64,000 nucleotides of DNA, taken from assembly GCA_037379345.1 (NCBI GenBank), contig CM074517.1:43752500-43816499 (forward strand). Reading direction: 5' to 3'. The position numbers and the translations under genes are program-made. Of this stretch, positions 14,592-26,894 are shown piece after piece (positions within the stretch are counted from its first letter, which is position 1; each line of letters starts with the position of its first letter). This DNA comes from Perna viridis. Taxonomy: Eukaryota. The notes under the pieces were generated by a model. That model did not search any database. It was not told the origin of the DNA and worked only from the letters and a program-made list of their open reading frames with translations.

Positions 14592-14961
14592 ATTGTCAAT
14601 TGATAACATTTTCCAATAAAAGGGAAAGGTCCAAACCCCCTGCACCCTCCTGGGCCCTAGATCCACCAATGCCTAATCACTGAGACATCCATATTTGACA
14701 ATATTCTAGCAGTCTCATTATTTAATACAGCAAATAGCACAATGAATTCATAAAAAAAAAAAAAATGATGAATTCGAAAGGTTTTAAATAACATTGCTAC
14801 ATGTTCTGTTAACTTATATTTCCAGATATATATTTATATTTTTGTGTAAAATATACAAAACAACAGGTTTAATACATTTTAAAAAAATGTTAAAATGAAG
14901 TCAATTTTCAGAGGTTTCACTGTCTTAAAACTGCAATACATTTACTTAAGCATTGTATTAC

Positions 14962-15239
14962 CTTTGAGCCAGCCTATGCTGTGCAATGGTCCATGATATA
15001 TAAGACTGATTTTGTCTAAACTGAAACCAAGTGGTCCTCACATGAGTATGTTTTCTTGGGAGAGAATTCTTCCGTAAGTATACCACAGAGTTTCTCCTTT
15101 TCGGACTAGTTGGGCTAGCAGGAGTTACTGATAATCTCCTTTTAGAGTTTCTCCTGTTAAGAGGAGACTCCTCAAGCCTTTTAAAACTTTTAGCAGATCT
15201 GTTTCGTCCAAAGCAATAGGGAAATTTTTTTCTCACCAT
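14962..15239 (-). CDS. RASAL2: Alternative first coding exon (92 codons + 2 nt): MVRKKFPYCFGRNRSAKSFKRLEESPLNRRNSKRRLSVTPASPTSPKRRNS...HRLAQ(R)
   Basis: ATG in AAAATGG context, GC-richer open frame ending at AG|gtaata, phase 2 matching the 8713 acceptor (AG+A = Arg); basic/Ser-Pro-rich composition typical of regulatory N-termini. Confidence 0.75.
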
Positions 15240-15253
15240 TTTCCAACAATAGT

Positions 15254-15299
15254 TGATTAATTGATTGATTGTTTGGGTTTAACGTCCGAGCAGCAATAT
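15254..15299 (-). mobile_element. 46-bp 3' stub of a SINE/LINE with a perfect 10-bp target-site duplication
   Basis: Flanked by CAACAATAGT at 15244-15253 and 15300-15309; reverse complement ATATTGCTGCTCGGACGTTAAACCCAAAC(AATC)n matches 18053-18100. Confidence 0.85.
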
Positions 15300-17271
15300 C
15301 AACAATAGTATACAAGGCTAAATCTTTCCAAACACTACCGGTATTCTTTTAAATCCAACAATATAATAAAATTCACTTTTCTACATGGAAAATCAACTGA
15401 CACAAATACACACAACCAGAAAAATTTAGTTCTTACTGCGCAATCAATGTTAGTAAGTAAATAAGTTAAATAGATAGTTGAATCAGGATACAATTTTTAA
15501 TTTTTTTCTTATTTTTACACTAATCTCCCTGATCAGGATCCTGTTGTTTAATTTTACTTGCAAAATGTTTCATCTTCCTGTCCATATTAGAATTATATCA
15601 TATATATACGACTTCAGTCAATGGTATTAGTTTATATATGTATATACAACTGGACAAAAACAATACCTCAGAGAGACTTGGAGTCTACTGTGTGGTACAC
15701 TTGGTATTAGCCACTTGATGAAAAACAAGAAATAGTGGCACATGCCCATTTCTGATAACATATGACACAACAAATAAGTCACATTTAAATGCTTTTAGAA
15801 GAAAAAAATGCAACACCGAAAGAAAAACTACTGAATTCTATTCAATAAAACTTATACAAAACATGTGCAGATCCTGATATTTTAAAAAAGGGAGAGGGGG
15901 TTGCATGCTATTATTTACTCATTTATTGTCAAAATTTTTACAAATTTAGCATGGTAAATTTTCCAACAGAAAATTTACAACAGTAAATTTTCCAAAAGGA
16001 CAGATTCCAGCCCCTATAACTTGAACCCCCTGTACTTGCCACTGAATAGACGGAAGTGGCACAAAATAATAACCTGACTCAACCCTGTTTGTTGCATAGA
16101 AAAAGGTCAAGTAAGAGGTTCACCAACAATAATGAAAATTTCAGCCCAATTTTTACAGCAAATGACACTTTCCCTATATAAAAATTCCTTTCTCACAATT
16201 AACAACCAATATTGATGTACAGTATAAACCACAGTTTACATATAAGTATCCCATTGTTGTTGTTATATACAGAAACAATTGTCCAAAACCACAGGCGAAT
16301 GTTTATAGATAATAATTATTATAAATTACAGGAAAACAAGGTAACAAAAAATTTATTATAAGTGATTTGGCAAGACAGTTGATCGTGAGTTGTAAAGGTC
16401 ATGTTGAACAAATTATTCAGTAAACCAACACTGATACTAGTTTCCACCATTATTTTGCAGAGTCATACATAACAGTAGAAAGGATCTAAATATTAGTATG
16501 GATAAGTAGGTAATTTGATGCCGTTCTCAGCATCAGTACTTTTAAATGTCTTAAAAACATACCCTTCTTCATTTTAACACAAATGAGACACTTGATGATT
16601 TTAGAAAATAACCAGAGATTAACTGTGGTGTAATGGGGTTTTAGGACTTAGAGCTATTTGTAACCAAAGTAACTACTTAGTGATAATGCACCACTATGTT
16701 CTAGCAAGAATATTCAAGACTTTCTAGATCAACAACTCTACTCCTGCATTAAAATAAAGTTCAAAACAATCACTTGTACATTACGTACATCATTTCTGAC
16801 AGAGACGTTATGAACCATTCTTTCAGAGCCCTTACATCACTTATGCGCAATTCCTATGATATTCAATATCTATCTTTCACCCTCCTGCTTTAGTATGAAA
16901 TGGTTTAAGAAAAACACAGAATCACAATGTGTGTAACTTCATCTATCAAACATTCCTAAAACTTGTAGTATGTAAGTTCACATAAAGTAAGACAACTATT
17001 CCAGGAAATTCTAAGCTGTTATTCCCTGAAATTTCACCAATCTATCACACAGATAATAACTATTCTATGAATCCTGAGATCCTAAAGCTTAAAAAATCAA
17101 ACAACAGTTGCATCACCATTCATAAAAAAAAAAATTCCCCTGAAGCAAAATTATTGTGAGAGATCTGATCACATATTATGGTAGAAATATCAAGGTTCCA
17201 GTGATGACAATCCTGCGCTTTCCATACTCAATCTAAGACTTTCCAAACAAGACAACATAGATAATACTTAC

Positions 17272-17384
17272 GATTCATGGTCTGAGATATTGGAAGCTGC
17301 CCTCTTTCTGTCCACTTTCTCAAGTTTTGTAACACTTTTTGTCCGCTTTAAATTCCCTTTAAAGCCTTTCCGAATGAAGAAATT
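17272..17384 (-). CDS. RASAL2: Internal coding exon (113 nt, phase 0 in, phase 2 out): NFFIRKGFKGNLKRTKSVTKLEKVDRKRAASNISDHE(S); PH-region signature of nGAP/SynGAP/DAB2IP/raskol
   Basis: Acceptor ttactttgtttgcag, donor TC|gtaagt, open frame, diagnostic LKRTKSVTKLE motif. Confidence 0.93.
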
Positions 17385-18034
17385 CTGCAAACAAAGTAAA
17401 AAAATTCAGTTTTTTCTTTGTATTAAAATATTTTAAGGTTAAAAAATGCTGAACAAGGTACTTGAGTGATTAAATCTCAGTGTCAAGATGCTTTGTTTTA
17501 AGACTGACAAAACCTAGGTGTAAGAAAATGGGTCTTGGTATTTGCCAACAAAATACCTGTATGTAAAGCCTTTATCAAGTTCTTTGAAAGTTCAAATACA
17601 TACACATTGATTACAACAAGTTTTTCCGACCAGAATTTAGGACTTGGGTAAAAGGTACAAATCTTTGAAAGGGGGAGGTAATTTTGAAATTCCCTTTTAA
17701 ATGTACAAGAATGCATTGGTGAAAAACACAAATCAAGATGACTCAAAATAATGAAATTGTTATGCATCATTTAAACTATGTCAGCAGTACTTTCACACCA
17801 TGTAGAGTACAATACAACAAATTAACAAGACTGATCTGAAATCACCGTGCATGTCTGATTAAAGTAAATCTTCAATAAACCTGTGACTACTCTATTTCAA
17901 TGTAACCATTTGAGGATAAATAGCAATTCTTGTATATATATCTTGTGACAGACAGACAGACATATACACATCACAAAAGCCTCTCACCACCAATGGGTTG
18001 CAAAGCAATATCAAACCATGTTACCATGGAACCA

Positions 18035-18104
18035 TCGTCTGAATATAACTGAAATATTGCTGCTCGGACGTTAAACCCCAACAAACAAACAAACAAACCA
18101 AACA
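18035..18104 (+). mobile_element. 3' tail of the same retroposon family, ending in (CAAA)n
   Basis: AATATAACTGAAATATTGCTGCTCGGACGTTAAACCCCAACAAACAAAC; a more diverged copy lies at ~34620-34675. Confidence 0.7.
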
Positions 18105-21100
18105 GGACCTTATTCTACCAAGAGAGCTTAAAATGTCAAAAAAGACTTACAGAGACCTTGAAAAATTCACAATCCTTATCCTTTCGAAAACTATCCTCAA
18201 ATCTAAGTTTTTTGTAAATCAGTGTTAACAGCTGTTCCCTGCTTTACTTATGTTGCAATATAAATTCAATCAAATATGCGTGGGTTTATCTTTGCCTAGA
18301 CAAATTTTGTTATAAGGCAATCAATATATTGCTTTTACAAAAGTTTGCACAACTAATACCTCTGTTCTTTCAGAGAAGTTTCAATATCTGATTTGAAACT
18401 TCAAGTGTTGCAATGAAGTATTGCTTCCCTTATCATATTCTGAATATGTAAAAAGCTGATTAAAATGATTCAAGTACCAGTTGCTAATCACAGATACAAA
18501 GTAGACGTGGCCTGTAGGGAAAGGGATTCAGCTTAATTGCCATTTTACTTAATAGAAGAAAATCTACAAAAGCAAAGGACTGTTTTACTCATAAAATGAT
18601 GTTTCCTAAAAATCAGTGTGTATTGACATGTGAAAATTGTCTTTAGAATCCAAGGCATTTTAAACCTTGTATTTCACTTTTAAAATCCTCAGTATCTGAG
18701 AGACTTGAAAGAAGGGCTGATAATTAATACTGGTATCTGCGAATATCAATTTTAACATTTTTGTTCATTCAAATGTATTTAGTGATTAAATTTTGTTAAC
18801 TAATATAATGTATAGCAGTCTTTCCAAAGGTTTGGGTTTTTTGTTTTTGTTTTTTTAGGACATTCAGTCCTTTGATGACATAATTCTTTCCTAAAGGTTT
18901 ACATGACAGTGTTTCTTACTATAGACTGAAAACTTGATTACTCCTCAGTATTAAGCATTCATTGCATTATAAAGCATTAAGTGAAAAACATTTGTACTAC
19001 TTAAGATTGAACCTAAATTTGATAAAATTTCCTCTGAAGGGGAAATCAAGGGAACCAGGATTTAGCCAATAAAATAAAGTTGTAATAAAAAGGAACATAG
19101 TCTAAGGATAAAAACTAGACATTGAAAATTGTCAAACACATAAAAAAAACATGAAAAAAACAAATAACAAGTACAAAGAAACAAATGTAAATAAGCAACC
19201 CAGACTCCACTACAAACTGGGAGCATAGACCTGGTGCACTGGTAGGGTAAGTGTCCTCTGCTTTTCTAGAAACAACACTTCCCAGAACATTTACCACTAC
19301 TATCTTGTGAAAATTTCAAGACCAAATCATTTCAGAAAATGAATCTGAAAACAGCAACAAGAAATGATGAATACTAATTTAAGATTCCCTATGTAAGTTA
19401 AACTTGTCATGTTTTTGTGCTTGTTTTCTTTTGGATTTTTGGAACAATTGCTTATCTAACTATAATTGATCTGTCTACAATGATATGGATATATGGGTAT
19501 GTTGGCAAAAACCTCAAATAACTTTCAGTATTACAGTCATCTTGAATCATACCTTTCTTTATTATATTTAACAAAAGTCTTTATCTAAATATTGCATCTA
19601 AAAACCCACTAAATAGGACTAATATAGTTCTATATGTGAAAAAAAATGAAATAATATAGGTCAAACTGACTTTGTGGTTGATTTGTGACTTTTAATGACA
19701 ATAGACTCTGAGCCACCACATAAATATTAAAATTTCTAGTATAATAAGTATACCTTTTAACAGAAATATGATTCATACCATTTTAAAAAGGAATAAAAAC
19801 TGGAAAACCACAAACAAAAAATTGCGATCAACATTTAGGTCAATAATGTAGCTTGAATCATGCATTCTAAGCTATTAGTGTGCACTGCTCCATAAGATTC
19901 TAATTGATTAAATTGATATCTCATACTACTTTATTATAGAATTAGGTAATTGAAAAAGTAATTTATAACCAATTATTTTGTATATTCACATTAACAGATT
20001 TTAATGTCCTTCCTAATTCATTTATTTTCATAATCGGAGGTAACAAATTATAGAACTTCTAACAGTTAACAACCTTGAAGGAATTTCATGACCTTTCTTA
20101 ATAAAATATCTTTAATTTTATGAAGAAGTTAAATATTAAATGTATAGGTAAATATACAGACAAAAAAATTGACTCATATTTTTCTTTATTTTTTCAGGAA
20201 CAACCTGATACGAAACACCTGTATAAACAGCAGGACTATTAAAATATAAAATCTGAAATAAAATCAAACCTAAATTGATATTTGCTACCACAAAAATCAC
20301 TTAAAAACAAATATTGCTTTTTGAATGTCAATTAATGAGTTTCCTCATTCATAAAAATTCAATTTTAGGGTAACTTTAAACTTAATTCTAACATTTCAAA
20401 TTAGCTTGAATGGACTTGTTTGAGGTGGTGAAAATATGGAAGTACATTGATTATACAATCAATATCTTTATATATCATATTCTAAAAGACAAAAATAAAA
20501 ATTATTGGTGTTTTTTGATACAGCACTTAAACATTTTTATATAAAAGTAGGAATGCCAACCATTAGTTTAGGCATTTGAAAATCAACTGGTATGTAATTT
20601 TGAGAGGGTGAGAAATTCCACAGGGTATCAAGCAACAGTGGAAAAGAATTTAATTAGTGAAAGAATAGCACTAGAATAGCAATTTGCTACAACAGGACAT
20701 CTTTAGGTTACAGACCACTAATTCAACCAATGAGCATTTGGAACGTACGCAAAAATAGTCCTACGCAGAAATTACCCCTGTTCCTCATAGTGCTGTGGAA
20801 AAAGTTCTCATCTTATTTAAAAAAATTAAACGGTTTCTGAAAGGAAAAACATTTCTGTACATTTTATAGGTGCATTTTGCTTCTTGTGATGTGAAGCCTA
20901 ATCTCCATAATGATTTTTAAGTATACCCCTATCTTGTGAAAACACTGGGATTTCCCATGCTATTTATAGACCCTTCACTTCCAGTGACCAGTACTGCACT
21001 GCAAGTCTGCTAACCCCACATGCCATTCTGAGGATTGTGAGCTGACATATGTAGAATCATGCTGATATATAGTCCTCTGCAGGTTAAAGTTAAGGTAAAG

Positions 21101-22311
21101 TCCAGAGAAGCCATTGAATATTGTGAAATTAGCATAGAAGCCTATGGAAAGTGGAATTAGTGGTTTTTAGCCTATATAGCTCTGGGTTCTATAGCCCAAT
21201 GGAAAAGAAAATTTATGTTGGTTATGTTAAAAAAATATTGAACAAATGAGATATATTACACCAAGTTCTGAGGACATGAGGCATGTCAAAGTAATTAAAC
21301 ATCTTTGTTATTAATGTGGTGTACTGCATCTATTTTAGTGATTTGCACCCCAATTAAGCCATTTTATCATTTTACCCAGTTCAAATACTACAAAAAAATC
21401 AGGAAGAGGTAAGAACTGATTAAATTGAAGAGGAGTACTGACAGCAACCCCTCCTAAACAACATCATATAAAGCTACTTCCATTATTAACTACACATGAA
21501 TACAGGGTAGGAAATTCACTCAAATTCTACCCAGTCCTTAATACAATTTTACAATATATTTACTATATGGCTATATAGATTTTTGCTAAAATTAGCCAGC
21601 CTTGCTAAACAATAGCCAGTCTTGGGCTGGCGGGCTGGCTACTATTTCTAAATCTATGAATAACAAACCTTCATTTCAGGTATGTTCCTTCCAGTATTGG
21701 ACAATGAATTAAAATATGGCACATTAACATGTAGTAAAGAAATTGTGGTAAGGCATTGACTAAGAAGTTGGGATTCCCTATTTTGTGACCACAATTCAAA
21801 GGGTGGATGATTCAGTACAGTCAGCATAGGGAACTATTTTGACTATGCCAAAATCTGGAACATTGTCAAAGATAATTGATATTGTGACTGTTTCCTCAAG
21901 ACAACCAAACACCTGGCTAGGGGTAATGTGTACCTGAATTACTTCTGTTTAATTCAAAATGCCATGATGTCAAATAGTTAAAATCTAATCTTGAAATCTA
22001 AACAATTTGTCATTTCAACATTGATGATTTTTTAACCTAATGAGCAAGGGGAGATAATGCAAAAGTAAATATCAGTGCTAGTGAGTAGAGTTATCTTTCT
22101 TGTGAAAGAATTTAGAAATGAAGTCAGCTTTCCCGTCATTTATTAGATTCCTATATTGACGCATGCATCATGAATGGGACTTACAAACCAATTTAATCAT
22201 TGTTTTTGTAAGGAATATTTGTTTCCTTCTAAATTGCAGCAGTTCAAATTATAGAGATCTGTACAACAGAAATAAAGATACATTATGCCAGACCTTGCAT
22301 AAAAAATGACT

Positions 22312-22660
22312 TTCAGTCTGAATTCATTTAAGAGATGGTGTTACCTATTCATTGAACTGTTCAGTCTGAATTCATTTAAAAGATAGTGTTACCTAATCAC
22401 TGAACTGTTCAGTCTGAATTCCTTTAAGAGATAGTGTTACCTATTCATTGAACTGTTCAGTCTGATTTCATTTAAGATAGTGTTAACTATTCATTGAAAT
22501 GTTCAGTCTGAATTCCTTTAAGAGATAGTTTTACCTATTCATTGAACTGTTCAGTCTGAATTCCTTTAAGAGATAGTGTTAACTATTCATTGAATTGTTC
22601 AGTCTGAATTCATTTAATAGAGTGTCAGCTATTCACCCAATTGTTCAATCTGAATTCTTT
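22312..22660. repeat. 48-bp minisatellite, ~7.3 copies
   Basis: TTCAGTCTG starts at 22312, 22360, 22408, 22456, 22502, 22550 and 22598, with a variant at 22644. Confidence 0.95.
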
Positions 22661-22694
22661 GATAAAATTACATTAACTATAAAATTATACTTAC

Positions 22695-22807
22695 AGCAAT
22701 TCTGGACGGTGTGGAAGACGAAGTATCCATACTTTCTTGTTGGTTAATAGTTGGGACTAAAGGAACACTGCCTCTACGTTCATTGGGAATCTTCTCATAA
22801 GAGGCAT
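22695..22807 (-). CDS. RASAL2: Internal coding exon (113 nt, phase 1 in, phase 0 out): xASYEKIPNERRGSVPLVPTINQQESMDTSSSTPSRIA
   Basis: Acceptor tcttttcctctccag, donor GCT|gtaagt; joins in frame to 17384; SYEK/RRGS and SMDT..TP motifs resemble raskol/RASAL2. Confidence 0.92.
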
Positions 22808-22952
22808 CTGGAGAGGAAAAGATTATTTCTATTTAATATTCTGATGAAAAGTTAGGGAAAATATTACTGAAATTCAAGAAAGAATACTCATCAATAGGTC
22901 TCTTATATACCCATGCCAGTCAGTGACAGTCTAAGTTTAGTTCATATATCAG

Positions 22953-23747
22953 TACAGTCAAACCTCGATGTGTCAAACTCTGAAGTCGAAATCTTGCATA
23001 ACTCAAACTCATTTGGCAGTTCTGTAAAAACTCCCCATAATCCAATAATAACAATAATAATAATAAAATCTTTATTTCAAGAGGGTTACACAGTTAGTTT
23101 ACAAGCTAATCTTCCCTCAGGCCCTCACACACAAAAACTATATCTACTAGAAATTAAAAATAAACAACACCACACAAAAACAAAAGCTGATTTGACAATA
23201 CCAAATCACTTTAAGATAATACAATATAGAACATTTTAAAAAAAGTGTAAGCAGCAACAATTTTCTCTTTTAAGATACTCTATTCAAAAGTGTTAAGGTA
23301 CTTCTTTAGAATGATTTTGAATGAGTTGTCAGTGGCTTGATTACGTAAATGTTTGGGTAACTTATTCCACAAGACAGACCCAGAATGTATGAATGAATGT
23401 CTGAAAAGTTCAGTTTTAATATTTGGGATTATCAAATTTCCTTGTTCAGCATTTCTTAGTGAATAAGGTTTGTTTCTTGAAACATAGTTAAACTTTTCTG
23501 ATATGTAGCTTGGTGCTTCCCCATGCAGTGATTTATAGATTAATAGGTATTTGTGATATTTACTCCTTGTTTCTACCTTCATGATTCCTAATTTTTTTAA
23601 CAAGGGTTCTGATGGAGAAAAAAAATACAATTTTACCTGTGATGACTTGAATTCAGATGAATCGAAACCTCGGATAACTTGAGGTTTCCAACCAGTCCTC
23701 TCAATATGTCTTCAAAGTTAATTAACTTTGATGTATCAAAGTTGACT
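22953..23747. mobile_element. Tc1/mariner(pogo/Tigger)-like MITE split by the LINE insertion (arms ~22953-23043 and ~23631-23747)
   Basis: TA-CAGTCAAACCTCGAT terminus, internal AACCTCGGATAACTTGA-type repeats on both sides of the LINE, degenerate inverted end ...CAAAGTTGACT. Confidence 0.55.
23044..23620 (-). mobile_element. 5'-truncated non-LTR retrotransposon (L2/CR1/Crack-like): ORF2 C-terminus, 3' UTR and (TTA)n tail
   Basis: ORF 23280-23630 encodes YKSLHGEAPSYISEKF..YSLRN..LIIPNIKTELFRHSFIHSGSVLWNKLP..SFK..LK, the typical post-RT C-terminus of this clade; ends ...GTAACCCTCTTGAAATAAAGATTTTATTATTATT. Confidence 0.88.
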
Positions 23748-25317
23748 AATTAGTGATAAAACTGATTGCTTTGTTACAAACCATGACTAAAGTTTGTTTT
23801 TACAATGTTTAGCAGTTTGTTTTTACAAAGTTTAGCATGGCTTATGTAAACACTTGTTGACACCTCTATGACAATTGTGTATTAATACAAAATAGCTTGT
23901 GTAGTTAAAGGAACGAATTTGATCACACTTTGAAATTCACATCAACAGTGATATCAGTATTTTGATGATCATAAAAAAATATTGATACATTTTATTTGTT
24001 AAAATGAAATCTGAACATTGAACTACACGCCAAACAGACAATAGCAACTGAAGTAATTCAACGACTACATTCGTCTCTCAAGTGAGTCTGAAATTTTATG
24101 GAAGTAATGACAATTACAAAGCAACATGTTATGTGTTCTAAAACATTTCGGAAGGAAAAAAATAAATAAAGAAAAGAAAAGAAAAGAAAAAGAAAAAGAA
24201 AAAAAAAGAATTTTTCCTGCAGATGTCACTCAGTATTCAAAATCTAATTGATATACAGCACACCAAAATTTTTTCTGATACATTGCACAAAACATCATGA
24301 TCTGATCAAAGTATTCTGGTTAAGGGAAGTTAAATGCAAGACAACAAATTGTCAATAATTTCCAGGTTTATTTGACCTCTGATGACTCCAACCTCAGATA
24401 ACTCTAACATTTTTGCCTTAAAGAGGTTTGACTGGTAAAACTCCATGGTGATCACAAGTATATGACAGAAGCTATAGACCCTGAGAATGCAATATTGAGT
24501 ACTTTTAGATAGGGGACAGAGGGGAATCAGAGTTCTAGAAGAGAATCTTTGACAGGTAACAAATGATAATATACAAGTTGGGTACAAGGTATGAGGCAGG
24601 AGTAGACCTAACATTTGTAGTGGTGATTAATTGACTTGGTAGAAATTAGAAATGGTATCATAAAATGACAATTTATGCCAAAGTCTTTCTTAACGTTGGG
24701 ACCATTTTTTGGAAAAAGGACCCAAATACTACAAAAAACTCAAATATTGCACCCGCAAAAATAACCGGCCTTATGGCATGTCTAAAGGGACCATTTTCCA
24801 TCAGACCAACTTACTGTAAGAACCAAATTCAGGAAAAAGGCTCCAGGTACTACTGGTATGTCTAATGTCTATATGAATCATTTTTATCAGGTTCAAGATA
24901 CTATGTCTATAAAAACCATTTCCCATTAGCATTTGGGGCAGAGGTACCATATCTATAGGAATGGTTTTCCATCAGGAGCAAGGTTCCAGTATTTTGAATA
25001 TCAGGATCATTTTCCAACAAAAGGAAGGTCATAGACACTATGTCTAAATTCTTCTGTATTAAGAAGATATGACTTTCACCAAATATTTTGTCAGTCACCA
25101 ATGTAAAAATCCCAAAATAGTGGATAAGAATAGACTACATAAAAATCACTGCATCAACTGCAGTAAAATAGTTTACTTTAATCAATTTTAACTGTTTCTC
25201 AGTCTATCTTGTAGTTCCTGCTCAAAACACTGTAAGTCTAACTCCTGTACAGTTCTAAAGTCAGTAGTGGTTATATAAAAGTAAAGTTCGGAAGTAAGTG
25301 CAGTAGACTAGTAAAGT

Positions 25318-25467
25318 AATACATGTACATGCAGTAGGCCGGTAACTTGTGGTTTAGCAATGATTGCAAGTAATTCTGCTGTCAATATAACAAATACATG
25401 TACATGCAGTAGGTCGGTAACTTGTGGTTTTGCAATGATCGCAAGTATTTCTTCTGTCAATATAACA
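25318..25467. repeat. 75-bp tandem duplication (2 copies)
   Basis: AATACATGTACATGCAGTAGG.CGGTAACTTGTGGTTT...GTCAATATAACA at 25318 and 25393. Confidence 0.9.
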
Positions 25468-26256
25468 CACCTTTTATAGATCTTAGGTTCACAATAAAAT
25501 TATTGGTAGAACACACCCAAAAATTGAAAAAAAAAAAAAAAAATGCAAGGTGCTGCTGGTCTATGGTATACCTTCTAGGGTACACATATTAACAGATAAG
25601 TTCAAAATTATGAAAATATCAAATAGCTAATGCAGAAAATTCCACAATATTAGAATTCATCGCAGACAAATAAAGAAAGGACATATCTTTATTTAAAACA
25701 ATTTCTTCCAAATTTTCTTCATCGCAAATTGAGCAATGTATGGGACAACTTTAATAAGCTTTAATCTCTAGGAGCTCTCCTTTTCCCTTAGATAATGTTT
25801 TTTTTTCCCAAATTCTAAGTGGGTGATTGAAAATGCACATGACTTTTTAACCACCAAGTAATGATTAAATTTCTGTGAAAGTGTTCCCGCCATTTAACAT
25901 TTCCAAGTTTTCTAAAGATTTCATGGGACAAACAGATTTTCCTCAAATGCTCTTGGAGATTACAAGATTTCTCCACTCTCAATGCTTAAATTTTAGATTT
26001 AACCCACAAGCAAGTGGGTTTAAATAAAAAATTTAACTATCTCGGAGAAATTTTGAAATCCCCTCGAGATTGAAGGAGAATCTATATACAACTAAACCCA
26101 AGGCAGGAATAAATTAAAGAGAAATAACTCCTTCACCCCCCAAAAAAATCAACCAGGTATGAAAAAAAATATGTATTCAAAACCTGACAGAAAAAAGTTC
26201 TGAATGAGTTACATCTAACCAAGACAACATCCAACTGAAATGAAACAACATATTCC

Positions 26257-26351
26257 ATGGTATGTAAGAATGGCACAGTGGTTAAAATTGTCACTTCTAC
26301 TACATGGCATGTAAGACTGGCACAGTGGTTAAAATTGTCACTTCTACTACA
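26257..26351. repeat. 47-bp tandem duplication (2 copies)
   Basis: ATGG.ATGTAAGA.TGGCACAGTGGTTAAAATTGTCACTTCTACTAC twice. Confidence 0.9.
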
Positions 26352-26812
26352 GAATTCTTTAAAACATTTTTCAAATTCAAGCATTACATTTGTAAATATT
26401 CACCAAAGCTTCACAAAAATTGGTGGCAGCATTTTTGGTATACCATACTATGTCCAGTCTAGACATGCAGGCGTACAAAACGTGCTGTATATATTTTAGC
26501 TGCCCAACCAAAACCTAGGCCTTCAAATTGTCAAGCACTTTGAATGAAAATATTTAACAATTTTCACTCTGTAAAAAAAAAGTGTGACTGAAACATTCTA
26601 TTGGGGATTCCAAATTCAAAAATTTCAACGATCAGTTAATTTTTGAATTACCCCCCCCCCTCCCCCCTAGGTTTATCAACTGTACTTAGCCAATTACATG
26701 TATCAGCATTAATAAGAGAGAAACAAACCATATACATGTAGTGGTGAGAATATCCATTCCTTTGATTTCCATTTTTTGAGTTTATCTGTGAAGTACTCAT
26801 CCTGCCTCTCAC

Positions 26813-26894
26813 TTATTAAGTTCCTTTTAGAAAACCTCCTCTTAGACTTCCTCTGAAGACAAGAAGGGAGACAATTCCCTTTGAGACAGTTCAT
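26813..26894 (-). CDS. RASAL2: Candidate alternative first coding exon: MNCLKGNCLPSCLQRKSKRRFSKRNLI (phase 1, joins 22807)
   Basis: AAAATG start, 82 nt to donor ATAA|gtgaga, correct phase 1; Cys cluster plus polybasic stretch. Confidence 0.6.

Noticed and set aside
18151-18925. Two 6-nt in-frame microexon look-alikes (18151-18156 GTCTCT; 18920-18925 TCTATA)
   Set aside because: Short polypyrimidine tracts; such patterns arise by chance in AT-rich introns, and there is no supporting homology
22312-22660. CRISPR-like appearance of the 48-bp palindromic array (also the 34-bp and 55-bp arrays)
   Set aside because: Units are head-to-tail with no unique spacers, there are no cas genes, and the context is a eukaryotic intron
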